A stretch of 64,000 bases of DNA, from positions 192,001-256,000 of the forward strand of contig CAVYYZ010000003.1 of NCBI GenBank assembly GCA_963772835.1, given 5' to 3'. The position numbers and the translations under genes were made by a program. The stretch is from an uncultured delta proteobacterium (GTDB lineage Bacteria > Desulfobacterota > Desulfuromonadia > Geobacterales > Pseudopelobacteraceae). Below the pieces are notes generated by a model, which was not told where the DNA came from, did not search any database, and saw only the letters and a list, made by a program, of their open reading frames with translations. Positions 1 to 10,502 of the stretch are shown here, one piece after another (the first letter of the stretch is position 1; each line of letters begins with the position of its first letter).

Positions 1-285
1 ATGTTCGTCAAGAATTCGCTCAACCTTGTTGCGCGTGAGGGTGCCCGCCGAGCTTCCGTAATCGATCCGTGGAATGCCACAACGATAGAAAGTTATGTGA
101 GAGCCAGCGTCCCTCAGCCTCTTCAACCCGGATTAGTTATAAACGTTACACCTGCTTCACCGCAACACGGTATAGACACGGTAAAGGTGAAAGTCCAACT
201 GCCATTCACCACCGTAGTTCCGCTCCTGATAACACAGTTGGATAGTATTACTCTCAGCGCTGAAGCAGCAATGCGATATGAATAA
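1..285 (+). CDS. tadE: TadE/TadG-like pseudopilin (probably 5'-truncated by the window edge)
   Basis: AREGARRA motif typical of TadE-family pseudopilins, C-terminal ...AAMRYE, directly upstream of cpaB. Confidence 0.75.
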   Translation: MFVKNSLNLVAREGARRASVIDPWNATTIESYVRASVPQPLQPGLVINVTPASPQHGIDTVKVKVQLPFTTVVPLLITQLDSITLSAEAAMRYE

Positions 286-312
286 ACGTAATCGGTTAGA
301 CAAGGAGGAGCC

Positions 313-1170
313 ATGAAACGACCCAGTTCGGTAGTCATTACAGGTGTTTTAGCTTTTGTATTTGCAGGCTGCGCTTCTTTGCTTGCCTACAACTATCTGA
401 AAAAACATGAAGGGAAGGCATTTCAGGGTGTGGCCGTTGTTTCTGCCGCCACTGATGTTCCCATAGGGACGGCGCTGAACGCGACTCATGTCAGGTTGGC
501 AACCTGGCCAAAAGAGAACGTTCCTTCAGGTTATTATACCGATGCAGCGGCACCGCTCGGACGGGTGGCTGTGCGCCCCTTAAGCGCCGGTGATATCGTC
601 ACCGAGCAGAAGCTCATGCCGCTGAATGCAGCTGCAAACGGCGGTATCATGACCTATATCGTGCCGCAGGGGCATCGGGCAGTAACGGTGGCAGTCAATG
701 AAGTGGCCGGAGTAGCCGGATTCATTACTCCTAACAGCAGGGTGGATGTTGTTCTGACTTCATCACTGCCGGGAAATAAAGAAGAAAGCTTGAGTAAAGT
801 CATTCTGCAAAATGTTTCAGTGTTGGCGACCGGTCAGGTTACGGAGCAGAAAGACGGCAAACCTGCTGTTGTCCCGACTGTCACGCTGGATCTGACCCCC
901 GAAGATGCCGAAAAACTGATTGTCGGTGCGCATGTCAAGAAGGGGTCCCTCCAGCTCCTGTTGAGAAATATTATTGATATAAACGCCGTCAGTACGCGCG
1001 GCGCAACCATCAGCAATGTACTCGGCCGCGGAGAGCGTGTTGTTACCGCCAAATCAACGTTACCGAAGCGAGTACACCAATCCGCGTCTCCTCCTCCAAA
1101 ACCGGCAACGTATACCGTAGAGGTTATCAAGGGCGGTGCAAAATCGTCCCGTGAATTTTCAGCCGAATAA
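313..1170 (+). CDS. cpaB: Flp pilus assembly protein CpaB/RcpC
   Basis: N-terminal TM, SAF-like region, RAVTVAVNEVAGVAGFITPNSRVDVVLT and LQNVSVLA motifs; RBS GGAGG. Confidence 0.92.
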   Translation: MKRPSSVVITGVLAFVFAGCASLLAYNYLKKHEGKAFQGVAVVSAATDVPIGTALNATHVRLATWPKENVPSGYYTDAAAPLGRVAVRPLSAGDIVTEQKLMPLNAAANGGIMTYIVPQGHRAVTVAVNEVAGVAGFITPNSRVDVVLTSSLPGNKEESLSKVILQNVSVLATGQVTEQKDGKPAVVPTVTLDLTPEDAEKLIVGAHVKKGSLQLLLRNIIDINAVSTRGATISNVLGRGERVVTAKSTLPKRVHQSASPPPKPATYTVEVIKGGAKSSREFSAE

Positions 1171-1197
1171 AAATATTCTATGAAATGAGGTGACAGG

Positions 1198-2622
1198 ATG
1201 GGACCGTTCAGAACTGATAAAAATATGTGTTCGCTGCTGATAGTGCTCGCAAGCATCCTGTTCGCAGGGTTTGCCACCGCCGGGGTTACCACTGATGTAA
1301 CCGTCAATAAAAGTGTCCTCCTCAACCTGCAAACGCCGTCCGAGAGGGTTTCCATAGCAACGCCGTCAATAGCGGAGCTGATTGTCATCTCGCCGACCCA
1401 GTTGCAGATAAACGGCACAAAGATCGGGTCCACCTCGCTGATTGTCTGGGAAAAGGGTGGCAAAACATCCTTTTTCGACATCAGGGTTAAAGGGGATATT
1501 ACCCTGCTGGAAAAGCAGATCAGGGAGATTGCTCCCAATGACAGTATAACAGTGGATTATGCCAATGACACCATCGTCCTTTCGGGCAAGGCTGCTAACG
1601 ACCAGACTATTGAGAAGGTGTACCAGATTGCCACGGCGTATGCAGCAAAAGAAACCGGCTCTATTTCTGGTCAGATTGGCGGCCAGCCGGATATCCGTCA
1701 ATCTGGTGAAGCTAATGATAAAAAATACGGCGGTACCCTGGCAGCGATCAGTACGACGGGGAAAAGCCCTCAATTGAATGATTTAAAGTTGAAAATTTTC
1801 AATCATATACAAGTTGATGATCCCCAGCAGGTACTTCTGGAGGTTAAGGTGGCTCAGGTTGACAAGAATGCTTTGAGATCGTTGGGCATCAGCATGTTGA
1901 TCAAAGGAGCTAGCGGAGAAGGCTTTTTAAATATGGTCGGTGCAACGGACGGCAGCATTAGTGGTACTACCCAGAGTTTGGGTGGCATCACTACACTCGA
2001 TTCCTATCAATTGGGCGGTTCGATATTTAAATCCGGAATCGGCGGTGTGCTTAAGGCACTTGCAACAAAGAAACTGGCCAAGATACTGGCGGAACCAAAT
2101 CTGCTGGTTAAGAGCGGCCAGGAAGGTAATTTTCTTGCCGGCAAAAAATTCTATTTCCCCGTTGTCACCAATGATACGACAAGTGTCCTGGAGATAAAAG
2201 TCGGCATCATTCTGAAATTCAAGCCGGTTGTTATGGAAAACGGCCTGATCTCCCTTAAGATAGATCCGGCCGAAGTCAGCAGTATATTAGGCTATATGCC
2301 CGGAAATAATTATCCGATTGTCGACTCCCGTGAGATACGATCCGACGTGCAGTTGAAAGACGGCGAGAGTCTGGTGCTTGCCGGACTGCTTCAGGAAGAG
2401 ACGATCAAGAGCATGTCGAAAATCCCGTTATTGGGTGACATTCCAATACTTGGCGCCCTGTTCCGCTCGACGGAGGATGATCTGAAAGAAAAGGAACTGG
2501 TATTCTTCATTACTCCGAGGCTTGTCAAAGCAAACGCTCCGGATTTCAAGCCAGTGTTGCCGACTGACAAGTCGACGACAGAGGAAGAGAAGGAGTTGAA
2601 ATGGATTCCACTCATAAATTAG
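1198..2622 (+). CDS. cpaC: Tad secretin CpaC/RcpA
   Basis: Signal peptide, N-terminal T2SS/T3SS-pilus domain, QVLLEVKVAQV, LAEPNL, KIPLLGDIPILGALFRS secretin motifs. Confidence 0.92.
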   Translation: MGPFRTDKNMCSLLIVLASILFAGFATAGVTTDVTVNKSVLLNLQTPSERVSIATPSIAELIVISPTQLQINGTKIGSTSLIVWEKGGKTSFFDIRVKGDITLLEKQIREIAPNDSITVDYANDTIVLSGKAANDQTIEKVYQIATAYAAKETGSISGQIGGQPDIRQSGEANDKKYGGTLAAISTTGKSPQLNDLKLKIFNHIQVDDPQQVLLEVKVAQVDKNALRSLGISMLIKGASGEGFLNMVGATDGSISGTTQSLGGITTLDSYQLGGSIFKSGIGGVLKALATKKLAKILAEPNLLVKSGQEGNFLAGKKFYFPVVTNDTTSVLEIKVGIILKFKPVVMENGLISLKIDPAEVSSILGYMPGNNYPIVDSREIRSDVQLKDGESLVLAGLLQEETIKSMSKIPLLGDIPILGALFRSTEDDLKEKELVFFITPRLVKANAPDFKPVLPTDKSTTEEEKELKWIPLIN

Positions 2623-3668
2623 CTGTTACCAGTAACAACAAGGGCAGTGCGCTTGTATTCATCGCACTTGCAATTTTTGCTCTGGTTGCCGTTTTGGGAC
2701 TGTCCATTGATCTCGGTCATCTGTACGTGGTGCGCGGTGAACTTAAGAATGCCGCCGATGCATCTGCTCTGGCCGGAGCAGCAGTATTGTACAAAGATCC
2801 TCTTAATCCGGGCGCAACACCTGCACTTGATTTTACCAGAGCACGGACGGCCGCAACTAATTTTATCAGTCAAAACAAGTCGGACGGGATGAACCTTACA
2901 ACCGGTACAATTGGTACCGGCTATTGGAACTTTTCGCTCAATATTCTGGATCCGGAAAACATCACTCCGACGAGTCAACATGTTCCGGCGGTTACGGCGA
3001 CAATAAGTAGATCTTCAGGAAACAACGGCGGACCGGTTTCGACTTTTTTTGCGAAAGTATTTGGAGCCGATCAATCTGCGGTCAGTTCAAATCTGGCGAC
3101 ACGGCCGTCAGTAGCGGTTTCAGGCTTTCCCGGAACGGTTCCTGGTGGGTCACTCTTTCCAATGGCTCTTTCCAGCTGCATGACGGATCATTATTTTTCA
3201 CAGGATCCGCTTCCAAGTCCGGCGACAACGATTAATATCAGCTCCGTGTACATCCCCGGGGGGACCGGTTGTTATACCGGACAATGGACCTCATTTCAGC
3301 TTGATACAAACAATGTCCCCGATGTCACCGGCCTGATGAATACCGGTAACCCGGATCCGCTCCAAACCGGAGACGACATCTGGATTCAACCCGGCGCAAA
3401 AGCGGCGCTTTACAAGGAAGTAAACAACTGGCTGCCGTCAACCGGCGGAAAAGACGTTCTCATGGCTATTGTCGGTACCAGCAGCGGAGACATCAATACC
3501 CACGCTGAGATGAAGATAAAGGGATTTGCAACCTTTCACATTGATTCTGCAAACCAGGGTGCCAAGTATATCACCGGGCATTTTATCGAATATTATAAGG
3601 CTTACCCCGGGACCAGACCTGGTGGATCGGTTTCAAATACTGTGACGCCGCCTCTGATGGTTCAGTAG
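2601..3668 (+). CDS. tadG: TadG-like pseudopilin/tip protein
   Basis: KG|SALVFIAL hydrophobic N-terminus, IDLG...ELKNAADASALAGA Tad motif; overlaps secretin stop. Confidence 0.8.
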   Translation: MDSTHKLAVTSNNKGSALVFIALAIFALVAVLGLSIDLGHLYVVRGELKNAADASALAGAAVLYKDPLNPGATPALDFTRARTAATNFISQNKSDGMNLTTGTIGTGYWNFSLNILDPENITPTSQHVPAVTATISRSSGNNGGPVSTFFAKVFGADQSAVSSNLATRPSVAVSGFPGTVPGGSLFPMALSSCMTDHYFSQDPLPSPATTINISSVYIPGGTGCYTGQWTSFQLDTNNVPDVTGLMNTGNPDPLQTGDDIWIQPGAKAALYKEVNNWLPSTGGKDVLMAIVGTSSGDINTHAEMKIKGFATFHIDSANQGAKYITGHFIEYYKAYPGTRPGGSVSNTVTPPLMVQ

Positions 3669-3696
3669 CAACATCACATAACACGGAATTATTCTT

Positions 3697-4851
3697 ATGA
3701 CGCCTGAACTATCGATAATATTACGGGAGAGCGACACCGGTGCCATTAACGACATTGCCGCGGTTCTCAAAACATTTGACGGCTCTGTTGGAAAGCCCGC
3801 TGTGGCAGCCGATTTCCAGGAGGTACTGGCGCTGATTAAAAACGGAGAGCCGCACGTCATTTTTCTGGAGGTTACGGACGTCGAACAGGGTGTGATCGAG
3901 ACGACCTCTCTGGTTTCACGATTTTCGCAGACTACGGTGATTGTCACTGCGACTGAGAAAAATTCCGACTGGATATTACGGCTGATCCGGGCCGGAGCCA
4001 GTGAATACCTGACGAAACCGATCATTCCCTCAGAACTTGCAGCCGCTATCCATAAGGTCACGAGACTCCGTGCTCAGAATAACGAATCTTCCGGTCAAAA
4101 GGGCACCGTCATCGCCGTCTATAACCCGTCCGCAGGAATGGGAACAACGACGATTGCCGTCAATCTTGCCGCTTCCCTGTCAGCGCGGGGGGAGAAAGTT
4201 GTCCTGGTTGATCTGAACCTTTTTTCAGGAGATGTTACGGCCTTTCTTGACCTCACTCCACGCTATACGCTGGCGAGCATCACCTCCCGCCCGGGACAGG
4301 TTGACGCCAGCTTTCTCAGGAGCGTTATTGTCCCTCACTCTTCCGGAGTGCATGTCCTCTGCGGACCGGTGGATCTGGGTGAAGCGGACAGGATACAGCC
4401 GGGACAGCTCCGGGACGTTATTGCCGTGCTTCAGGGAATCTATTCGTACACCATTATCGATGCCGGTGGGCAGCTCTTCGGCTGTAATCTGGCAACGTTT
4501 GAAAGTTCGGACAAAGTCCTGTTCGTCACGCTCCTGAATCTGCCGGCGCTTAAAAATGCGAAACGGTACCTTGCGGCTATGAGCAGCGAGGGATTGGGCC
4601 CTGACAAGGTTAAGCTGATCATAAACAGGCATTTACCAAAAGACGACATCAAGGTTGCCGATGCTGAAAAAGTCCTCAATACACGGACTTATCTGACCGT
4701 TCCAAATGCCTTTGCGGATGTTAAAACAGCAATAAATAAAGGGGTGCCGTTGACAGTATGTAATCCCCGGTCTCCGGTGATGAAGGCAATGGATGATCTG
4801 GCAAAACAGATACATTTGGATACAGCTGACAGAAGCATATCTATCTGGTAA
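3697..4851 (+). CDS. cpaE: CpaE/TadZ pilus localisation protein (atypical receiver + MinD/ParA-like domain)
   Basis: Receiver-like N-terminus (AGASEYLTKP), degenerate P-loop SAGMGTTTIAVNLA, LVDLNL; position before cpaF. Confidence 0.88.
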   Translation: MTPELSIILRESDTGAINDIAAVLKTFDGSVGKPAVAADFQEVLALIKNGEPHVIFLEVTDVEQGVIETTSLVSRFSQTTVIVTATEKNSDWILRLIRAGASEYLTKPIIPSELAAAIHKVTRLRAQNNESSGQKGTVIAVYNPSAGMGTTTIAVNLAASLSARGEKVVLVDLNLFSGDVTAFLDLTPRYTLASITSRPGQVDASFLRSVIVPHSSGVHVLCGPVDLGEADRIQPGQLRDVIAVLQGIYSYTIIDAGGQLFGCNLATFESSDKVLFVTLLNLPALKNAKRYLAAMSSEGLGPDKVKLIINRHLPKDDIKVADAEKVLNTRTYLTVPNAFADVKTAINKGVPLTVCNPRSPVMKAMDDLAKQIHLDTADRSISIW

Positions 4852-4864
4852 GAGGTGATCTGAC

Positions 4865-6190
4865 ATGGTATTTCCCCTTAACGGTACTACTCTTAATAAT
4901 CATTCAGCCGACGAAGTTGCTTCTACTTTTCAGGAATTGAAGAGCCGTATCCATCGCCTGCTCATCGAGCGCATTGATCTCAGCAAGCTTGATCTGCTTC
5001 GTAACGGCGAGCTTGAGAGAGAAATCGGGCTTGTGATTGAAACACTCATTGCTGAAGAGGGTGTACCGTTAAGCCGACAGGAAAAGGAGCGTCTGGTTAT
5101 TGAAGTACAGCATGAAACCTTTGGTCTCGGGCCGATAGAACCGCTTCTGAGTTCTCCGGACATCTCCGATATTCTTGTCAACAACTACGCCAGTACCTAT
5201 ATTGAACGTCATGGGAAACTTGAAAAAACCGATATCGTTTTCCGTGATAATAATCATCTGCTGCAGATTATCGAAAGAATCGTTTCCCGGGTCGGGCGCA
5301 GAATCGACGAGTCGTCTCCCTATGTGGATGCCCGACTTCCGGATGGTTCCCGAATTAACGCCATTATTCCGCCTCTGGCCATAGACGGCCCGGTTCTCTC
5401 CATCCGCCGTTTCGGATTGATTCCTCTCAAAATGGCAGACCTGCTGGCGCTGGGTACGTTTGACCAGCGGATTGCAAAAATAATCGAAGGAGCGGTGAAG
5501 TCCCGACTCAATATTCTGATCTGCGGCGGTACCGGAACCGGTAAAACGACACTCCTCAACGTCATCTCCGAGTTTATACCCGACGATGAACGTATCATTA
5601 CTATTGAAGATTCAGCCGAACTTCAGCTGAAACAGGATCACGTCGTACGTCTGGAAACCCGTCCGGCAAATATCGAAGGTTCCGGCCAGGTAACCCAGCG
5701 TGATCTGGTTCGTAACAGTCTGCGCATGCGGCCGAACCGGATAATCCTCGGGGAGGTGCGAGGCGGCGAGGCACTGGATATGCTTCAGGCGATGAATACC
5801 GGCCACGACGGATCAATCTCCACCATCCATGCGAATACGGTACGGGATGCAATGGCGCGTCTGGCCACCATGGTCATGATGGCCGGGATGGAACTTCCGG
5901 ACAGGGCTATCAGGGAGCAGATCGCTTCTGCCATCAACATGATTATCCATCTGGTACGATTTCCTGACGGGTCGCGTAAAATCGTCAAGGTTTCTGAGAT
6001 TACCGGTATGGAGGGAAATACCATCGTGATGCAGGATATCTTCCTGTTTGAACAGAAAGGCATCGATCAGGAAGGCAGGGTGTTGGGAGAATTCAAGGCA
6101 ACCGGTGTAAGACCGACGTTCGCCGAACGGTTCAAGCTTTCCGGGTTTGATCTGCCGCCTGAAATTTTTGAAGGGAGGTCCTCCAGATGA
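4865..6190 (+). CDS. cpaF: Tad pilus assembly ATPase CpaF/TadA
   Basis: Walker [49 protein letters not shown]. Confidence 0.96.
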   Translation: MVFPLNGTTLNNHSADEVASTFQELKSRIHRLLIERIDLSKLDLLRNGELEREIGLVIETLIAEEGVPLSRQEKERLVIEVQHETFGLGPIEPLLSSPDISDILVNNYASTYIERHGKLEKTDIVFRDNNHLLQIIERIVSRVGRRIDESSPYVDARLPDGSRINAIIPPLAIDGPVLSIRRFGLIPLKMADLLALGTFDQRIAKIIEGAVKSRLNILICGGTGTGKTTLLNVISEFIPDDERIITIEDSAELQLKQDHVVRLETRPANIEGSGQVTQRDLVRNSLRMRPNRIILGEVRGGEALDMLQAMNTGHDGSISTIHANTVRDAMARLATMVMMAGMELPDRAIREQIASAINMIIHLVRFPDGSRKIVKVSEITGMEGNTIVMQDIFLFEQKGIDQEGRVLGEFKATGVRPTFAERFKLSGFDLPPEIFEGRSSR

Positions 6191-7146
6191 TGATCGTAGT
6201 TGTACTGATATTTATCTCGGTATTTCTGGCCCTGTTTGCTCTTTTTTCAGCCGTCCAGACGGCACGGCAATCACCGGAGGCGGAATTGAAACGGAGATTG
6301 CGACGTATGACCGCACGCAGTGATGCAACTGCTTCCGGGGCTTTTACGAGTGAAATTCTTCGGGAAACAGATCGCTCTGAAAAATTCATATATCATCTGC
6401 CTCTGCTGGGAGCGATCAAAATACTGGTTGTGCATTCCGGCGTCCGTATCACTCTTTCAATTTATATTTTACTGTCCGGGATTGCAGCCCTGTCAGGTTT
6501 TACCGTTGTATATATCTTGAGTAAAAATATTATTGCCGCATTTCCGGCGTTGGTACTGTGCGGAATGATTCCGTTTGCGTATCTCGTATTTCGCAAACAT
6601 GAACGTCGGAAATTATTCGACGAACAGTTGCCGGATGCTCTTACGATGGTGGCGCGCTCTCTCAGGGCCGGACATTCGCTGCCGGGAGCAATAGAGCTGA
6701 TCAGTCAGGAAATGCCGGAGCCGACGGGCGGTCTGTTTAAAACAGCCTACGATCAGCAGTTGCTCGGCATGAGAATTACCGACTCTTTGAGATCAATGCT
6801 GGAAAAGATTGAAAGTGCCGATCTGAACTTCTTTGTCACGATCATCAGAATAAATAGCGAAACCGGCGGTAATCTGGCGGAAATTCTCGACAAACTTGCC
6901 GATACGGTCAGGTCACGGCTGCAGGTCCGGCGGCAGGTCAAAGTCTATTCCGCTCAAGGTCGATTGTCGGGGTATATTCTTACTGCATTGCCGGTAGTTG
7001 TGTTCATCGCGTTTAATTTCCTGAATCCCGGATATATGAACGTGTTTTTCACAGAAAAAATCTGCCAGCTCGCTCTGGTTTTTGCGCTGCTCGCTCAATG
7101 TGCCGGATTTATGATGATAAGGAAAATTGTTGATATCCGAATATAG
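6187..7146 (+). CDS. tadB: Tad inner-membrane platform protein TadB (T2SSF family)
   Basis: QLPDAL...[28 protein letters not shown], multiple TMs. Confidence 0.92.
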   Translation: MMIVVVLIFISVFLALFALFSAVQTARQSPEAELKRRLRRMTARSDATASGAFTSEILRETDRSEKFIYHLPLLGAIKILVVHSGVRITLSIYILLSGIAALSGFTVVYILSKNIIAAFPALVLCGMIPFAYLVFRKHERRKLFDEQLPDALTMVARSLRAGHSLPGAIELISQEMPEPTGGLFKTAYDQQLLGMRITDSLRSMLEKIESADLNFFVTIIRINSETGGNLAEILDKLADTVRSRLQVRRQVKVYSAQGRLSGYILTALPVVVFIAFNFLNPGYMNVFFTEKICQLALVFALLAQCAGFMMIRKIVDIRI

Positions 7147-7167
7147 TTTTGTCTGTTAGGAGGAAGC

Positions 7168-8079
7168 ATGCTCACGCTCATCACCATATCAATTTTTGCA
7201 AGTGTGGCACTTCTCGCCGGAGCTTTGCTCTACCCGATGTTGAGTAAACGGGACGCAGTCAGGGAACGGGTGGCGGGGCTCATGTCGTATGAGGAGGAAC
7301 AGCCGAAACTTGTGCCGACACCCACTAAATGGCAGCAGTTTCTTTCTGAAATGGGCGGCAGGCTGAAAACGAAACCGGCGGAACTGAGTACCTACAGGGG
7401 AATGCTCACCGCTTCAGGTTTCAGGTCCGATGCGGTATATCTTTTTCTGGGGTGTAAACTGCTTCTGGCAGCGGCTTTACCGACCATTTACCTGACACTG
7501 ATTGCATTGCCGCAGGGAAAGATGCCAGGCAGTTCATTGCTGGTGGCAGTCGCATGTGCCATCGGCGGATATCTGCTGCCGACCTTCTGGCTGAGACGTA
7601 CAGCAGAACTTCGAAAAACAGAGATATTTCACTCGCTGCCGGATGTTCTTGATCTGCTGACGGTGTGTGTGGAGGCAGGACTCAGTCTGGACGCCGCCTT
7701 GATAAAAACTGCGGAAAATTATCAGCAGAAAGACAATCCGCTTATCAAGGAAATCAATACCGTAACACGGGAGATCCGTGTAGGTAAACCGAGGCAGGAG
7801 GCATTGAAAGGTCTTGCCGAACGGACAATGGTCGACGATATCAAGGCGTTTGTCGCCATGCTGGTGCAGACGGAGAAATTCGGCACCAGCCTCGGCAGAA
7901 CCCTGCGCACCTATTCCGACTCGCTGCGCATGAAAAGAAAACAGCTGGCCGAAGAACGGGCGGCTAAAACTGCCATCAAGATGCTTTTCCCCCTGACAAT
8001 ATGTGTGTTCCCGGCTTTGCTGGTGGTCATGCTGGTGCCGGCTTTTTTCAAGATTTCCAGCATGTTCAGTAAATTCTAA
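7168..8079 (+). CDS. tadC: Tad inner-membrane platform protein TadC (T2SSF family)
   Basis: LPDVLDLLTVCVEAGLSLDAAL, QTEKFGTS, AEERAAK...KMLFPL. Confidence 0.92.
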   Translation: MLTLITISIFASVALLAGALLYPMLSKRDAVRERVAGLMSYEEEQPKLVPTPTKWQQFLSEMGGRLKTKPAELSTYRGMLTASGFRSDAVYLFLGCKLLLAAALPTIYLTLIALPQGKMPGSSLLVAVACAIGGYLLPTFWLRRTAELRKTEIFHSLPDVLDLLTVCVEAGLSLDAALIKTAENYQQKDNPLIKEINTVTREIRVGKPRQEALKGLAERTMVDDIKAFVAMLVQTEKFGTSLGRTLRTYSDSLRMKRKQLAEERAAKTAIKMLFPLTICVFPALLVVMLVPAFFKISSMFSKF

Positions 8080-8093
8080 AACCGGTAGATACG

Positions 8094-8435
8094 ATGAAGG
8101 CAATCAATATCACAAACGACAATGAGCTTGCTGACGATCTGACCCTTGCCGAGACGCTTTTCAGTCGGATGGTCGGACTGCTTGGCAGAAAAACCCTCGA
8201 TTTTGGTAAAGGGCTATGGATCAAACCGTGCAAAGGAGTACATTCATTCGGCATGCATTTTCCGATAGATGTCGTGTTTCTCGACCACCTTCTGCACGTC
8301 GTTGCAGTCTCACATTCATTGCCGCCAAACCGCCTTACCGGTCTGTATCTGAATGCGGCAAGTGTCCTGGAACTCCCAGCCGGCACGGTGGAGGATACTG
8401 CAACGGCTACCGGAGATCGAATCTGTATTACATAG
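8094..8435 (+). CDS. DUF192 family protein
   Basis: RMVGLLGRK, VHSFGMHFPIDVVFLD, VLELPAG motifs. Confidence 0.85.
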   Translation: MKAINITNDNELADDLTLAETLFSRMVGLLGRKTLDFGKGLWIKPCKGVHSFGMHFPIDVVFLDHLLHVVAVSHSLPPNRLTGLYLNAASVLELPAGTVEDTATATGDRICIT

Positions 8436-8492
8436 GTTCAGATCTAACCCGGCAGTCATCCAGACGCAGCAGAGCCTCACATCGGGAGCAGG

Positions 8493-10253
8493 ATGATGGA
8501 GCCAGGATCATTTGATAGTATCCGTACTGCCGGAGATCTGCACAAAGAAGTGATCTTTTATGTGTCTGCCTGCGAAGTTCCGTCTCATCCGCAGCAGGTC
8601 AAACTGACGGATCGTTCCTGGCCGTTTTTATGTTCTTTTATTCTGCATGCAGTTTTCATCGCGATTATCTGCAACCCTGCGTTCCAATACCCGATAGTGA
8701 TAAGCAGCGAAACCGCCACCTTCTGGTTTTACCCGATGTCACCTCCTGCCTACAGCGCAGAGACAGATATGTCTCAACTCAATCCGCCGGTATCTCCTGC
8801 TGTACAGCAGGAAACTCCAGGAGGTGAACCCGGCAGTCAATTTAAGGCGCCTCCGGAGGTTTCTGATCGGGTTGATCTTCCTGAGTCTTCACCTGAAACG
8901 TCCGCTTTGCCATCCGAACCGGCACTCACCGTTGCCACGCCGCCACCGGTGAAAAAAACCGCCGAAGCAGCTAAATCATCAAAGCAACCAATGCCGCCGC
9001 GCAACACCACACCTCTGATTGCAGCGGCACCGATTAAAATCACAACCGTGCCGAAGGAAACTGAACCGGAATCAGAGCGTGCTCTTCCGGCTATTGACCC
9101 GGTCGTGCCCGGGAAAGATGTGAATAAATTATCCCGCGGTGAAAATGTGTTGAAAAGCGAGGGTGATTCAATTGCACAGCACAATATCGAACAAAAGCAG
9201 CAGGAAGCAGAAAAAGTGCGCCGTGATCAATTAGTTCGGGAACGGGAACAACAAGCCGCCCTGAACAGATTGGAACAGGAGCGCTTTGCAGTTGAGCAAA
9301 AACAGCAGAAACTTAAAGCTGCAGAAAAGGCACAGCGGGAACAGATAGCACGGGAGCAGGAACTACTGGCCATCCAGAACAGGTTGGAACAGGAACGCTT
9401 TGCCACTGAAAAAGAGAAGCAGAAACTACTGGCTGCTGAAAAAGCTCTGCGGGAACAGGAACAGCTTGCTGTCCGGAGCAGATTGGACAGGGAGCGCGCT
9501 GCGCTTGAAAAGGCCCGGCTGAAACAGCTGGCAGTCGAACAGGAACTCCGGAAAAAGAAACTTCTGGAAGAGGCGATACATAAACAGGAGTTGGAACGTG
9601 TTTCGCGCATTGCGGCAGAGCGCGCTGCTTCAGCTCTTGCCGCCCGTCAGAACAAATCGCTCCCTCAACACAATACAAAAGCATCAGAACCGCAGATTCC
9701 GGTAAAACAGGCAGAGAAACCCGTTGAAAAGAACGCTGCACAACAAATTGAAAAGCCACTTGATAAACCTATGTCAGTGGCCCTGCCACACATCAAGGGG
9801 GACATAAAGCTGGTTATGGCCGGTAAAGTTTTGCCCGGAGTCACTGTTACATTTACTGAATTTAAACAGTCGCGACGGGACAGGGCTCTCAGCAGGGCGG
9901 AATGGCGCCGGAGTACAATCATATCCCCGCTCATAGCACATGAACAGGAAACCACCCGCGAGGTAGTCATTGCCCGGGCTTCGCACGGTACGTACACGAT
10001 CACTGCCGAGCCGTCCAGCGAAGCGTCACACGTAACAGTTTCTCTGAAGCTGTATGAAGGGAGCTCCCGGGCTGTCAGCAGGGAGGTGGGCACATTTACC
10101 ATCTCCAGAAAGAGGGTTCTCTGTAAAATACTGATGCCCGAAGGGATTCTTTGGGATGACAATGCCGCTTTTTCCGGTAACATGGAGGATTCTGACGGCG
10201 TAATAAAGTTTAATACTGAGACCGGATTGATGTGGAAGGAGTATGCTGAGTAA
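8493..10253 (+). CDS. TolA/TonB-like membrane-anchored protein with Pro-rich and coiled-coil linker
   Basis: Single TM with SFILH (S-x3-H), Pro/Glu-rich tract, E/Q/K/R coiled-coil repeats, globular C-terminal ~150 aa. Confidence 0.6.
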   Translation: MMEPGSFDSIRTAGDLHKEVIFYVSACEVPSHPQQVKLTDRSWPFLCSFILHAVFIAIICNPAFQYPIVISSETATFWFYPMSPPAYSAETDMSQLNPPVSPAVQQETPGGEPGSQFKAPPEVSDRVDLPESSPETSALPSEPALTVATPPPVKKTAEAAKSSKQPMPPRNTTPLIAAAPIKITTVPKETEPESERALPAIDPVVPGKDVNKLSRGENVLKSEGDSIAQHNIEQKQQEAEKVRRDQLVREREQQAALNRLEQERFAVEQKQQKLKAAEKAQREQIAREQELLAIQNRLEQERFATEKEKQKLLAAEKALREQEQLAVRSRLDRERAALEKARLKQLAVEQELRKKKLLEEAIHKQELERVSRIAAERAASALAARQNKSLPQHNTKASEPQIPVKQAEKPVEKNAAQQIEKPLDKPMSVALPHIKGDIKLVMAGKVLPGVTVTFTEFKQSRRDRALSRAEWRRSTIISPLIAHEQETTREVVIARASHGTYTITAEPSSEASHVTVSLKLYEGSSRAVSREVGTFTISRKRVLCKILMPEGILWDDNAAFSGNMEDSDGVIKFNTETGLMWKEYAE

Positions 10254-10341
10254 CGTGATACCGCTCAACTCTCTGCTTTTTCACTCATTGGTGTAATCAG
10301 CCCTCCCTGAATCGAACAACCGTAAAAAACTCCCCGCTATG

Positions 10342-10358
10342 TGTCGAAATCCTTAACA
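10342..10358 (+). promoter_or_regulatory. TGT-N11-ACA putative enhancer-binding-protein site
   Basis: TGTcgaaatccttaACA ending 62 bp before a sigma54 site; same geometry at 49766. Confidence 0.6.
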
Positions 10359-10419
10359 AATATACATCATCTCAGACATAAATAAGATTATTAACTTGCA
10401 ATTACAGCATGTTGTAGTT

Positions 10420-10435
10420 TGGCATGTGTCTTGCG
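10420..10435 (+). promoter_or_regulatory. sigma54 (-24/-12) promoter
   Basis: TGGCATGTGTCTTGCG, GG-N10-GC, upstream of the DUF4082 gene block. Confidence 0.8.
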
Positions 10436-10502
10436 ATATGTATCGTGATGGTATATGCCTATCGACCCGATCAGACTAAAACGCCATTCAGGAGGCGGTA
10501 TC

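Noticed and set aside
834..1538. 234-aa minus-strand ORF and similar shadow ORFs (21767-22636, 27720-28376, 7534-8103)
   Set aside because: Antisense to well-supported genes and lacking recognisable motifs
9180..9620. Degenerate EQERFA/REQE repeats as a separate repeat element
   Set aside because: Ordinary coiled-coil repeats within the TolA-like protein
10455..10502. Longer ORF-track start for the 2328-aa protein
   Set aside because: RBS GGAGG at 10491 and the signal peptide fit ATG 10503; 10455 lies too close to the predicted sigma54 transcription start
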